64,000 nucleotides of DNA. Origin: Gammaproteobacteria bacterium (GTDB lineage Bacteria > Pseudomonadota > Gammaproteobacteria > G965277405). The stretch spans positions 1,440,001-1,504,000 of the forward strand of contig OZ255726.1 of assembly GCA_965277405.1 (NCBI GenBank), given 5' to 3'. Below are positions 32,545-42,255 of the stretch, one piece after another (position 1 is the first letter of the stretch; every line of letters begins with the position of its first letter). The position numbers and the translations under genes are program-made. The notes below the pieces were generated by a model that saw only the letters and a list, made by a program, of their open reading frames with translations, did no database searches and had not been told where the DNA came from.

Positions 32545-33546
32545 ATGAATATCAGCAACATCCACACTACAGATTTATTCGCATGGCATGCGCCGTTGTA
32601 TCAGCATTTAACCGAGCAAAATTCGACCAATCGTCTACCGCACGGCAATCTATTGCATGGGATAAAAGGTGTTGGCAAGTTGATCGTTGCTTATAAATTA
32701 GCCGCTAGATTATTGTGCAAAAGCGCATCAACAACTCCGTGTGGTTCATGCGCCAGTTGCCAGCTATTACAAGGTGGCTTTCATCCTGATTTGCAGTATA
32801 TCGATCGTGGCGAAAAAACTGTTATTGTCGTCGAAACGGTGCGCAAAATGATTGATGCGGTTGCACAAAAATCGCATCAAAATGGTAATAAAATTATCAT
32901 CATTAACGATAGCCATTTGCTACATAAAGCTGCAGAAAATGCGTTGCTCAAGGTCATAGAAGAGCCGTTCGCCAATACGTATATTTTTTTGCTTACTCCT
33001 TCGCTACACCAAATTATGCCAACCATCCGCAGTAGAATGCAAAAGATTGCTGTCCCCGCCCCAACGCAGCAGCAGGCTCATGCTTGGATTATTACTACGC
33101 TGCAGCAACGTGCTGGTAGCGATCAAATCGATCTGGCATTGATAGATGATATGTTGGTCGTAGCAAATAATGCCCCGTTGCAAGCATTAGCAATGTTGCA
33201 AGTACAGCCGAGAATAGTCGTCGATGCGATTGCTGCGTTGCAGCCAACGGCAACGTATGACGGTATACAACAACTAAGGGCATACCAGCCAATTGATGTG
33301 TTGTCTGTATTTGCGATGCTGTTGCACGATGTACTAGCAATACACTACCAAGCTCAAGTAATCAAATTGCAGCAATATCGTCAGTCTATCCAAGCGTTGG
33401 CAGACATGATTGACAACAAGAAAGTCGCTCGGCTGTTTGATGGTATTTATGACGGTATTCGTCAGCTGCAATTTCCTATTCATCCAAACTCATCGATGCT
33501 GTTGATGAGTTTTTTAACAAGGTGGCAACAATGCAGAATCAATTGA
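32545..33546 (+). CDS. holB: DNA polymerase III delta' subunit
   Basis: RLPHG.LLHG..GVGK, CGSCASC, HPDL, AENALLK.IEEP, PTIRSR. Confidence 0.9.
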   Translation: MNISNIHTTDLFAWHAPLYQHLTEQNSTNRLPHGNLLHGIKGVGKLIVAYKLAARLLCKSASTTPCGSCASCQLLQGGFHPDLQYIDRGEKTVIVVETVRKMIDAVAQKSHQNGNKIIIINDSHLLHKAAENALLKVIEEPFANTYIFLLTPSLHQIMPTIRSRMQKIAVPAPTQQQAHAWIITTLQQRAGSDQIDLALIDDMLVVANNAPLQALAMLQVQPRIVVDAIAALQPTATYDGIQQLRAYQPIDVLSVFAMLLHDVLAIHYQAQVIKLQQYRQSIQALADMIDNKKVARLFDGIYDGIRQLQFPIHPNSSMLLMSFLTRWQQCRIN

Positions 33547-34385
33547 ATGTCTGGTGTAATGGGGTGCTGGTGCCAAAAGCCGACGCCAAAATATCGGTGT
33601 TTGACCGTGGCTTTTTATTCGGTGATGGGGCGTATGAAGTTATCCCTGTCTATAATGGCAAATGTTTTGCGCTCACAGACCACTTGCTGCGGTTGCAGCG
33701 CACGTTACATCACATTGGCATTACCAACCCGCATACCCTCGATGAATGGCAGAGCATTATCCGGATATTGATTGACGACTTTGCCGAGTCAAATTGCGCG
33801 GTATACCTCCAAGTTAGCCGTGGAGTTGAGGACATTCGCAGTCATGTGTTTCCGCAGCAATCAGTTGCACCAACAGTTGTTGGGTTTTGTCAACGACGAA
33901 AAGTTGTTCGAGGTGACGCAGAAGTAGCGGCGATTACTGTTGATGATTACCGTTGGCAAAAGAATTGTTTGAAAACAACGTCGCTGATCGCCAATGTGTT
34001 GATTAGCCAACAGGCAATAACTCAAGGCGTGCAAGGAACAATATTATTGCGTGATGGCTATGTCACCGAAGGTGCAGCAACAAATGTTTTTATTGTGCGC
34101 AATGCTACGGTTGTTACCCCGCCGTGCACAGACTTGATTCTGTGGGGCATTACCCGTAAACACGTGTTGCAAGCGATGGCTGCCGCAGGAATTGCATATA
34201 CAGAAGCGGAAATTTCTTATAACCAGTTGTGCGCAGCTGACGAAATATGGCTAACGAGTTCGATGAAAGAAATTCTCGCAATCACTACACTAAATAATCA
34301 ACGTGTAGGTCATGGAAATATCGGCAACATTACAGCAAAAGCAGGAAAAGCGTTGCGCGACTATATTGCACAACATTTGGAATAA
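33522..34385 (+). CDS. Class IV PLP aminotransferase (D-amino-acid transaminase-like)
   Basis: ISVFDRGFLFGDGAYE, YLQVSRG, KTTSL, TEGAATN, ILWGITR, ADEIWLTSS. Confidence 0.88.
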   Translation: MATMQNQLNVWCNGVLVPKADAKISVFDRGFLFGDGAYEVIPVYNGKCFALTDHLLRLQRTLHHIGITNPHTLDEWQSIIRILIDDFAESNCAVYLQVSRGVEDIRSHVFPQQSVAPTVVGFCQRRKVVRGDAEVAAITVDDYRWQKNCLKTTSLIANVLISQQAITQGVQGTILLRDGYVTEGAATNVFIVRNATVVTPPCTDLILWGITRKHVLQAMAAAGIAYTEAEISYNQLCAADEIWLTSSMKEILAITTLNNQRVGHGNIGNITAKAGKALRDYIAQHLE

Positions 34386-34392
34386 TTGCGTA

Positions 34393-35256
34393 TTATTTGC
34401 TGGTTGGTTTGAGTTGAGATAAGCATACCCCAATACTAACAAGCGCTGCGCAAGCAATATCAAACCATGTCATCGGGGTAGCAAAAATCAGCCACGCTTG
34501 TAATATCGCTAAGATCGGTATGAAAGAGAAGAAAACGGCAGTCTGCGTTGCCCCTATTTTTTGTATCCCATCAAAATACCAAATAAAAGACATTGCGGTA
34601 GAAAATACACCAAGCACTGCGATCATCAGCCATAGCGAGAGGGTGATATCTGGCAACGTTGTCCATAATGCTTGCTGTTCATAGCTGGCAATAATTATCA
34701 GCGCAATAATAAATGCCCAGCAGTTAAGCTGCTGTGATGAGTACTTGACAAGTAAGCTCTTGCCAAGAAACGTAAACGTAGTCCAAGAGACGATAGCCAA
34801 CACTAAATACCCGTCGTATATCGTAATTGCTGACGTGTCAAAACGACCGTTGGTTGCGGCTAATATTGCCCCAAATAATGATAGCACGACCCCTAGCCAC
34901 TGTATTTTGCCAATAGTTTCTTTAAAAAAAAGCCAAGCACAGATGGCAATAACTGCCGGATTTGCTGGAATAATAGTAGCCGCACGCACCGTAGTAACGT
35001 GTTGTAGCCCTGTCATAAAGGCATAGTTGTAAATGACCACCCCCGTCAACGATAATGCGACGATGTACACAATGTCTTGCCAACGTTTAGGCAGCTGAAT
35101 GGCGGTATTCCAAGAAACCGCAAGGAGGATGACACTGCCAATGGCGTATCGATAAAACACCGCTACGTTTGGCTCAATTGTTGCGACAATTTTATGACTT
35201 AACACGAACGACAGTGACCATGAAAAGACAGCAGCAAAAACTTTTATGTATACCAT
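34393..35256 (-). CDS. DMT/EamA-family transporter
   Basis: Hydrophobic throughout, with an EamA-like pattern. Confidence 0.8.
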   Translation of the reverse strand: MVYIKVFAAVFSWSLSFVLSHKIVATIEPNVAVFYRYAIGSVILLAVSWNTAIQLPKRWQDIVYIVALSLTGVVIYNYAFMTGLQHVTTVRAATIIPANPAVIAICAWLFFKETIGKIQWLGVVLSLFGAILAATNGRFDTSAITIYDGYLVLAIVSWTTFTFLGKSLLVKYSSQQLNCWAFIIALIIIASYEQQALWTTLPDITLSLWLMIAVLGVFSTAMSFIWYFDGIQKIGATQTAVFFSFIPILAILQAWLIFATPMTWFDIACAALVSIGVCLSQLKPTSK

Positions 35257-35399
35257 TGCAGATTTCCGCTGTTAGATGCCTTTATTCTTGCGTAATGCCA
35301 ACGCTGTTGTGCTGTTGTATGTTAACCATATCGGTTGCAAGAATATTTGTCGATGTCAAAAAATTAGCAATACGCAGGGTGCAAGCGCAACGGCGGTGT

Positions 35400-35963
35400 T
35401 TATCGATCAAAAATGAACGTTCGTGTGAGGGTTATCGTAGCATGTAATTTGGCTACGGTTGCTGAAAAAATCGGATACGGAGCCGCCGCATATACCATAT
35501 CAAGTGCGGCTTGTTGCAGCAACGTAGCAGGTGTATTTGCATCAACAATATTTGCATCGATTATATCTCCACGTAGGTTGATGGTGAACGTAACACGGAC
35601 ACTTCCCTGGATGCTATGAGTATTTGGGTAATGGCTGTTGCCCCAATCTTCTAAATAATCGAGAATTCTATTCGCAGTATCATCGATTGTCTGGTCTGCG
35701 CTTAAGCGGCTAATCTGTTTATCAATCGTACGCAACGCATGTGAGTTGCTATCAACGTAGCTGCCGTCAAAAGCCGGAACATATTGAACATCGATTGTAT
35801 CAGGTGGACCTTGGTATGTTGGTATGATGCCATTGTGGTTGCTGAACCAGTGCCAACCACTGGCGAACATCATTACAGATATAATGCATAGCCGTGTATT
35901 TGCAGCCCCATATTCCAGCGACGGGCGTTGAATATGGCGCCAGATACAGCGCAAAGCTGACAT
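35400..35963 (-). CDS. TonB C-terminal-domain protein (start uncertain)
   Basis: GSVRVTFTINLRGDI...LQQAALDMVYAAAPYP...ITLTRTFIF. Confidence 0.55.
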   Translation of the reverse strand: MSALRCIWRHIQRPSLEYGAANTRLCIISVMMFASGWHWFSNHNGIIPTYQGPPDTIDVQYVPAFDGSYVDSNSHALRTIDKQISRLSADQTIDDTANRILDYLEDWGNSHYPNTHSIQGSVRVTFTINLRGDIIDANIVDANTPATLLQQAALDMVYAAAPYPIFSATVAKLHATITLTRTFIFDR

Positions 35964-36129
35964 GTGGTGTATTCAGGCGCAAGTAATATTAGCAATGTGC
36001 ACTGTATTTGCTCGAATAAGCTGGTCGACCGAGTCGCTCCATACCCGTATTGTGGTTGCATAAAAAACGCAATGCGACGCAATAGATAGCGTCCGCAGCC
36101 GTTCCTTGTCGCCAACCATGAATACCTAA

Positions 36130-37353
36130 TTATCTGGTTTGCATAACGATGCTGGCGTTGGTACCACCAAAGCCAAAGCTATTACTCATAATGATATTCA
36201 AAGCATGGGTCTTTTTTTCCGTAACAATTGGAAATGCTGCTGCGACTGGGTCGAGCTTATCGATGTTAATACTTGGAGCAATCCAGCCATGCTTGGCCAT
36301 CAGCAACGAATAAATCACCTCTTGTACCCCAGTCGCGCCGAGTGAGTGACCTGACATCGATTTTGTTGCCGAAATAAACGGAATATCATCAGCAAATACA
36401 GACTTAATGGCATGAAGTTCAGATACATCACCAACAGGGGTTCCTGTACCATGTGGGTTTATATAGTCAATTTTAACCCCAGCTGGCATCGCTCCGCGCA
36501 TCGCTGCAGCACCACCAAGACCAGACGGCGACACCATGTCATACCCATCAGATGTTGCGCTATACCCGATTATTTCCGCATAGATTGGCGCGCCTCTTTT
36601 TTCGGCATGTTCGAGCGATTCCATCGTCAGCATCCCCCCACCACCAGCAATAACAAAGCCGCCGCGGTCAACATCAAATGGGCGTGATGCGCGGTGCGGC
36701 TCATCATTAAAGTTTTCTGCCATCGCCCGCATGCCATCAAACAACACCGAAAGCGACCAATGTTCTTCTTCACTGCCGCCAGCAAGGACGACATCTTGGA
36801 CACCGTGTGCAATCAGCTCGTATGCATTACCAATACAATGTAAGCTGGTAGTACACGCTGATGAAATTGAATAACTAACGCCGTGTGTTTGTAGGAATGT
36901 CGACAATGCAGCAGAAACCCCACTTGCCATCGTTGGTGTTACCGCATACGGGCCGACTCGTTTTATCCCACGCTCACGCAAGGTATCTACGGCGTTGATC
37001 AACGTGCTGGTGCTGGGACCACCTGAACCTGCAATTACTCCACAGCGTGGTGATTGAATATCCTCAGGTCGCAGCCGTGCATCGGCAATAGCGTCGAGTG
37101 CAGAGACATATGCATAGCGCATATGGTCTGCCATGAATCGATTTTTCTTGCGGTCGATGCGACTATGAATCGATGCTAAAGCTGCAGCGGATATGCTGCC
37201 GGCTACATGGCTGCGAAAACCCAAGCGTTGGTATTCTTCTTGAAAAGTAATACCACTTTTCCCAGTCGCAAGAGCGTGAGCAACACTATCAACATCAAGC
37301 CCTAAACAAGAAACAATACCTAAACCCGTTATGACAACACGTTGCTGTTTCAC
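36130..37353 (-). CDS. fabB: Beta-ketoacyl-ACP synthase I
   Basis: RVVITGLGIVS, SISSACTTS, HGTGTPVGD, SNSFGFGGTN. Downstream of fabA. Confidence 0.95.
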   Translation of the reverse strand: MKQQRVVITGLGIVSCLGLDVDSVAHALATGKSGITFQEEYQRLGFRSHVAGSISAAALASIHSRIDRKKNRFMADHMRYAYVSALDAIADARLRPEDIQSPRCGVIAGSGGPSTSTLINAVDTLRERGIKRVGPYAVTPTMASGVSAALSTFLQTHGVSYSISSACTTSLHCIGNAYELIAHGVQDVVLAGGSEEEHWSLSVLFDGMRAMAENFNDEPHRASRPFDVDRGGFVIAGGGGMLTMESLEHAEKRGAPIYAEIIGYSATSDGYDMVSPSGLGGAAAMRGAMPAGVKIDYINPHGTGTPVGDVSELHAIKSVFADDIPFISATKSMSGHSLGATGVQEVIYSLLMAKHGWIAPSINIDKLDPVAAAFPIVTEKKTHALNIIMSNSFGFGGTNASIVMQTR

Positions 37354-37363
37354 TATTATGCTC

Positions 37364-37903
37364 CTATGCTCCGTTATCAAAAGTTTTTAGCTGGCTTGGG
37401 GAGAACATCCCAACGCGCAAATCTTTTGCCGAATAAATTTTTTGATCTGCAACATACAATTCACCGTCAGCAACTCCTAGTATTAACTTGCGCTGAATGA
37501 GACGTTTAATTGATATTTTATACGTGATTTTTGCAATATTCGGCAATACCTGCCCAGTAAAGCGTACTTCGCCACAGCCAAGCGCACGACCACGACCAGG
37601 CATCTCGCTCCAGCCCATAAAAAACCCCACCAGCTGCCACATGGCGTCAAGGCCTAAACAGCCTGGCATGACAGGGTCATGCTTAAAATGGCAGTCAAAA
37701 AACCAGAGTGAGGGGTCAATATCAAGCTCGGCGATAATTTCTCCTTTGCCATATATGCCTTGGGTAGCAGTGATAGAAATAATGCGGTCAGCCATCAGCA
37801 TGTTTGGTGCTGGGAGTTGGGCGTTACCAAGGCCAAATAACTCCCCGCGCGAACATGCGAGCAGCTCATCTTTTGTGTATGCGTTTTGTTTGTTTTTACT
37901 CAT
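37364..37903 (-). CDS. fabA: 3-hydroxydecanoyl-ACP dehydratase/isomerase
   Basis: [30 protein letters not shown]. Confidence 0.97.
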   Translation of the reverse strand: MSKNKQNAYTKDELLACSRGELFGLGNAQLPAPNMLMADRIISITATQGIYGKGEIIAELDIDPSLWFFDCHFKHDPVMPGCLGLDAMWQLVGFFMGWSEMPGRGRALGCGEVRFTGQVLPNIAKITYKISIKRLIQRKLILGVADGELYVADQKIYSAKDLRVGMFSPSQLKTFDNGA

Positions 37904-37931
37904 TTAATACATAAATATATATAATAAAGTT

Positions 37932-38507
37932 GTGTATACGGACAAATCACAACATGGATTTTCAATGATTGAATTACTCATTGTCATCGTGCTAGTTGGA
38001 TTGATGACAACCATTAGCATAACGAGTATTCGTTCATTGCTCAACAATACTGTAAGTGACTCTGAACAGCAAACAATGCTATCAATACTTAAACAAGCCA
38101 GAAATCACGCATTAACTGCAAATGTAACGGTGGTTGTTTGTCCAATCGATATCAATGGAAATTGTATCGCAGCTTGGGAGGAAACATGGATAGTATTTAT
38201 TGATAATAATGCAAATAAAAATATTAGCGCATCAGAGCGGGTTTTGTTGACATACCAGCCAAAAGGTCAAAATATTTTGCTTCGCTTTAGCGGATTTGGC
38301 GCAAGTTCAAGGTATATTCAGTTTATACCACAAGGAAGAATGAAAGCAAATAATGGCACCTTGGTATACTGCCAAGCTGGGGATTTATCATATGCCCGTG
38401 TCATTATCATCAATAGACAAGGGAGAGCACGGGTTGGTGTCGATGCAAATCAAAACGGAATTGTTGAAAACGCCAAGAATATTGATATTGCATGCGGATA
38501 TGACTGA
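37932..38507 (+). CDS. FimT/GspH-like minor pilin
   Basis: Prepilin site GFSMIELLIV, AR..A...NVTVVVCP. Confidence 0.82.
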   Translation: MYTDKSQHGFSMIELLIVIVLVGLMTTISITSIRSLLNNTVSDSEQQTMLSILKQARNHALTANVTVVVCPIDINGNCIAAWEETWIVFIDNNANKNISASERVLLTYQPKGQNILLRFSGFGASSRYIQFIPQGRMKANNGTLVYCQAGDLSYARVIIINRQGRARVGVDANQNGIVENAKNIDIACGYD

Positions 38508-38742
38508 AAACACCAACACCATCGATGCGCGCGGTTTGCGTTGCCCAGAGCCAATCATGCTGTTGCATACAGGGCTGTACAATGTGGCAGCAGGTCAACA
38601 TATCGAACTCCTAGCAGATGACAGCAACACCGCTACGGATTTACGCAAACTCTGCCATTATTTGGGGCATCAAATTATCGCTACCCACCACCATGCCTGC
38701 TATACGACGTTTGTCATACAAAAACGCGTAGCAGCACAATAG
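38500..38742 (+). CDS. tusA: Sulfur carrier TusA
   Basis: IDARGLRCPEP. Confidence 0.88.
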   Translation: MTENTNTIDARGLRCPEPIMLLHTGLYNVAAGQHIELLADDSNTATDLRKLCHYLGHQIIATHHHACYTTFVIQKRVAAQ

Positions 38743-38863
38743 TGAACACCAATCGGCTACCAAATATCATGAAGTTGAGCCAGCAGCTGCAGCAGCAAAC
38801 GGCGTATCCGCAACCCAATTTAACCAAGACTGTTGCTGCAATGGTATCCGTAAGGGCGTTAAC

Positions 38864-39916
38864 ATGCACCCATTGATGATGCAGCGCGCCATCAATACCG
38901 CGCAACAAGGGCTGTATACAACTGGCGAGAATCCTCGGGTGGGTGCGGTATTGGCAAGGGGCGACCAACTATTAGCAACAGGTTATCATGCCACGGATGG
39001 TGGCGACCATGCTGAAGTTGCATTGCTAAAAAATTTTACAACCGTGCCCGATGAAAGTACCATGTACGTCACCTTAGAGCCATGCTGTTATCGTGGCAAA
39101 ACCCCCGCGTGTACGGAGGCGTTGATACAGGCTGGGGTAACAAATATCTACGTTGCGATGCTTGACCCAAACCCGCGTGTTGCCGGCAAAGGTGTGGCGC
39201 TATTAAGGCAAGCTGGGTGCAAGGTTACTGTTACCAACACCCAACAGGCGCATGGTTTAAATATTGGGTTCATCCAACGGATGCAAACAGGAATGCCGTG
39301 GGTGCGGGTAAAAATCGCAGCTACGCTCGATGGCAATATTGCAGCAGCAGATGGTTCTAGCCAGTGGATAACTGCCCAGCCAGCGCGGGATGACGGGCAT
39401 CATTGGCGTGGACGAGCGCAAGCTATATTGACAACAGCAACAACAGTGATTGTCGATAAAGCGCGGCTTAATGCGCGGTTGGATGTGGTTGTTACCCAAC
39501 CTGACGTGTATGTGCTCGATACAAATTTTAGCTTGCCGCCAACAGCTGCAATATATCGCTGCACTTCACCACGCCAAGTCATACGGATTGGCAGCAATCC
39601 AGCCAAGGCAGAGGCTGATGATTGGTTGCTTGCAGGTGACATCGAGCTAGCAGCAATTATCCGCATGATTGGAGCGACTGGGGTGAACGAATTACACGTT
39701 GAGGCTGGCGGAACGTTGGTTGGCGCGCTGCAAGAGCAAGGGCTTATCGATGAAATTATCCTGTATCAAGCAGCTGCAATTGTTGGCGGGCAAGGAAGAA
39801 GAGCAATAGCGAATCAACGCGGGCTAACGCTGGCTGAACTCCAACATTGGCAGAGTATCGACACCCGCTGGTTTGGCAGCGATTTACGCAGGGTACTGCG
39901 CCCAGCAGCAAAATAG
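38864..39916 (+). CDS. ribD: Riboflavin biosynthesis deaminase/reductase
   Basis: NPRVG, HAE, TLEPC...TPAC, SQWIT, VEAGG. Confidence 0.95.
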   Translation: MHPLMMQRAINTAQQGLYTTGENPRVGAVLARGDQLLATGYHATDGGDHAEVALLKNFTTVPDESTMYVTLEPCCYRGKTPACTEALIQAGVTNIYVAMLDPNPRVAGKGVALLRQAGCKVTVTNTQQAHGLNIGFIQRMQTGMPWVRVKIAATLDGNIAAADGSSQWITAQPARDDGHHWRGRAQAILTTATTVIVDKARLNARLDVVVTQPDVYVLDTNFSLPPTAAIYRCTSPRQVIRIGSNPAKAEADDWLLAGDIELAAIIRMIGATGVNELHVEAGGTLVGALQEQGLIDEIILYQAAAIVGGQGRRAIANQRGLTLAELQHWQSIDTRWFGSDLRRVLRPAAK

Positions 39917-40172
39917 TATTGTCTGGATATGGCAGCTATGATGAACACAACGCGGTCTAGCTATTATTTGGGACATTGTAATGGCTAATTTAAGGTAGAA
40001 ATGGGATTGGGTTCAAGTTGCTATTCTTATTTACTCTTGCATAGGGGAAGATGGGAAATGTATTCCTTTTTTTTGTGTAATTTGTTGCCAAGATGATTAG
40101 TAATGTTTGAGGGTAAAACATATAGTATTAACGGATATGATATTTAAGAATTTTTTTATTTCAGGTGGAAAA

Positions 40173-41819
40173 ATGAACAAACAGATATTATTTTTAGCGC
40201 TAGGACTATTAGCTATAGCAGGCTGTAACAGTGATAGTAGCAGCGATAGTGAAACCAACAGTAGTAAAACCAACAGTAACGAAACTAGCAGTAGCGAAAC
40301 ATCTGCATCAGCAATCCCAGACGCACCAAGCAATGTAAGCGCAACAGCAGGTGATAGGGGAGGAGAAATAACCATTAGGTGGAATCCGGTATTTAATGCC
40401 GATTCATACAATCTATATTGGGCAACAACAGCTGGATATGGTAAATCTGCCAGCAAAATATCGCCAGTAACCAGCCCGTACACGCATACAGGGCGTTATA
40501 ATGAATCCACATACTATTACACAATAACCGCTAACAATGCCAGCGGTGAGTCTAGTACCAGTAACGAAGTTGCGGCAGGTCAAAATGATTCTAAGATTAA
40601 AACAATCTATGCAACCGACTTAGCTTTTGCCGCGCTTAAAAACGATGGGACTGTCGTTACTTGGGGGAGAGAGTATTACGGCGGCGATAGTGCAGCGGTG
40701 CAGCATCTACTGAATAACGTTACAGCAATCTATGCAGCCAGTCATGCTTTTGCCGCGCTTAAAAACGATGGGACTGTCGTTACTTGGGGTGCTAGAGGCG
40801 GCGATAGTGCAGCGGTGCAGCATCTACTGAATAACGTTACAGCAATCTATGCAGCCAGTCATGCTTTTGCCGCGCTTAAAAACGATGGGACTGTCGTTAC
40901 TTGGGGTGCTAGCGGCGGCGATAGTGCAGCGGTGCAGCATCTACTGAATAACGTTACAGCAATCTATGCAAACAGGGAAGCTTTTGCCGCGCTTAAAAAC
41001 GATGGGACTGTCGTTACTTGGGGTGATGAGGATTGGGGCGGCGATAGTTCAGCGGTGCAGCATCTACTGACTAACGTTAAAGAAATCTATTCAACTGGCG
41101 CTGCTTTTGCAGCGCTTACCAACGCCAGGACTGTCGTTACTTGGGGGATTGAGGATTACGGCGGTGATAGTGCAGCGGTGCAGCATCTACTGAATAACGT
41201 TACAGTAATCTATGCAACCTATTATGCTTTTGCCGCGCTTAAAAACGATGGGACTGTCGTTACTTGGGGGAGAGAGTATTACGGCGGCGATAGTTCAGGC
41301 GTGGAGGATCAACTGAATAACGTTACAGCAATCTATGCAAACACCCACGCTTTTGCCGCGCTTACAAACGATGGGACTGTCGTTACTTGGGGTGCTATCG
41401 GCGGCGATAGTGCAGCGGTGCAGCAGCAACTGACTAACGTTAAAGAAATCTATGCAAACATCGGGGCTTTTGCCGCGCTTACCAACGCTGGGAGTGTCGT
41501 TACTTGGGGTTCTGGTGGCGGCAGCGATAGTGCAGCGGTGCAGCAGCAACTGACTAACGTTACAGCAATCTATGCAACCGAAAGTGCTTTTGCCGCGCTT
41601 AAAAACGATGGGGGTGTCGTTACTTGGGGTAGTTATAGTGCAGGCGGCGATAGTGCAGCGGTGCAGCAGCTACTGAATAACGTTACAGCAATCTATGCAG
41701 CCAGTCATGCTTTTGCCGCGCTTAAAAACGATGGGACTGTCGTTACTTGGGGTGATCAGTATAACGGTGGCGATAGTTCAGGCGTGCAGCAGCAACTGCT
41801 CTCAGGAAGCGCTGATTAA
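40173..41819 (+). CDS. Array gene 1: lipoprotein with 1 FN3 domain and 10 RCC1-like repeats
   Basis: Lipobox LAIAGC. FN3 (PSNVSA..ITIRW..YNLYW..YYYTITA). Ten VVTWGxxxxGGDS repeats. The C-terminal GSAD* is encoded by the MITE TIR. Confidence 0.85.
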   Translation: MNKQILFLALGLLAIAGCNSDSSSDSETNSSKTNSNETSSSETSASAIPDAPSNVSATAGDRGGEITIRWNPVFNADSYNLYWATTAGYGKSASKISPVTSPYTHTGRYNESTYYYTITANNASGESSTSNEVAAGQNDSKIKTIYATDLAFAALKNDGTVVTWGREYYGGDSAAVQHLLNNVTAIYAASHAFAALKNDGTVVTWGARGGDSAAVQHLLNNVTAIYAASHAFAALKNDGTVVTWGASGGDSAAVQHLLNNVTAIYANREAFAALKNDGTVVTWGDEDWGGDSSAVQHLLTNVKEIYSTGAAFAALTNARTVVTWGIEDYGGDSAAVQHLLNNVTVIYATYYAFAALKNDGTVVTWGREYYGGDSSGVEDQLNNVTAIYANTHAFAALTNDGTVVTWGAIGGDSAAVQQQLTNVKEIYANIGAFAALTNAGSVVTWGSGGGSDSAAVQQQLTNVTAIYATESAFAALKNDGGVVTWGSYSAGGDSAAVQQLLNNVTAIYAASHAFAALKNDGTVVTWGDQYNGGDSSGVQQQLLSGSAD

Positions 41820-42122
41820 CTCGCTTATTGAGCGAGTTTGCTGGCAATTGCTGATGATTGCAAGGCGCAAACCGCTGAGCGCATGACCTAGCTATACGCC
41901 AAGGGGTGCAACACAGCAAGTAGCGCTGCCGCAAACCCAAAGTATATGCAACACAACGACGGGAAACAAGCGCTACTAACGTCGTTGCCGCACTTGGCAA
42001 TACCCGCACGTCCCCACCAGCACAAGCCCCACCAGTGTTAGCTGCGCACTGCGCCTTGCTATCCATCAGCCATTGAGCGTTTTTGCCGCGTTTCGCCCGT
42101 CATGGACTTAATCAGAGGTGCC
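41805..42122. mobile_element. MITE copy 3 (inverted relative to copy 1)
   Basis: GGAAGCGCTGATTAA...TTAATCAGAGGTGCC. Confidence 0.88.
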
Positions 42123-42180
42123 ATATGAGGAAGCGGGGAAATGTATTCCTTTTTTTTGTGTAATTTGTTGCCAAGATGAT

Positions 42181-42209
42181 TTGTATTGTTTGAGGGAAAA
42201 ACATATAGT
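42181..42209 (+). promoter_or_regulatory. Putative sigma70 promoter repeated before each array gene
   Basis: TTGTAT-N17-TATAGT, also at 46413-46441, 49491-49519 and 51358-51386. Gene 1 has TAGTAA-N17-TATAGT at 40098-40126. Confidence 0.5.
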
Positions 42210-42255
42210 TTTAACGGCTATGATATTTAAGAATTTTTTTATTTCGGGTGGGAAA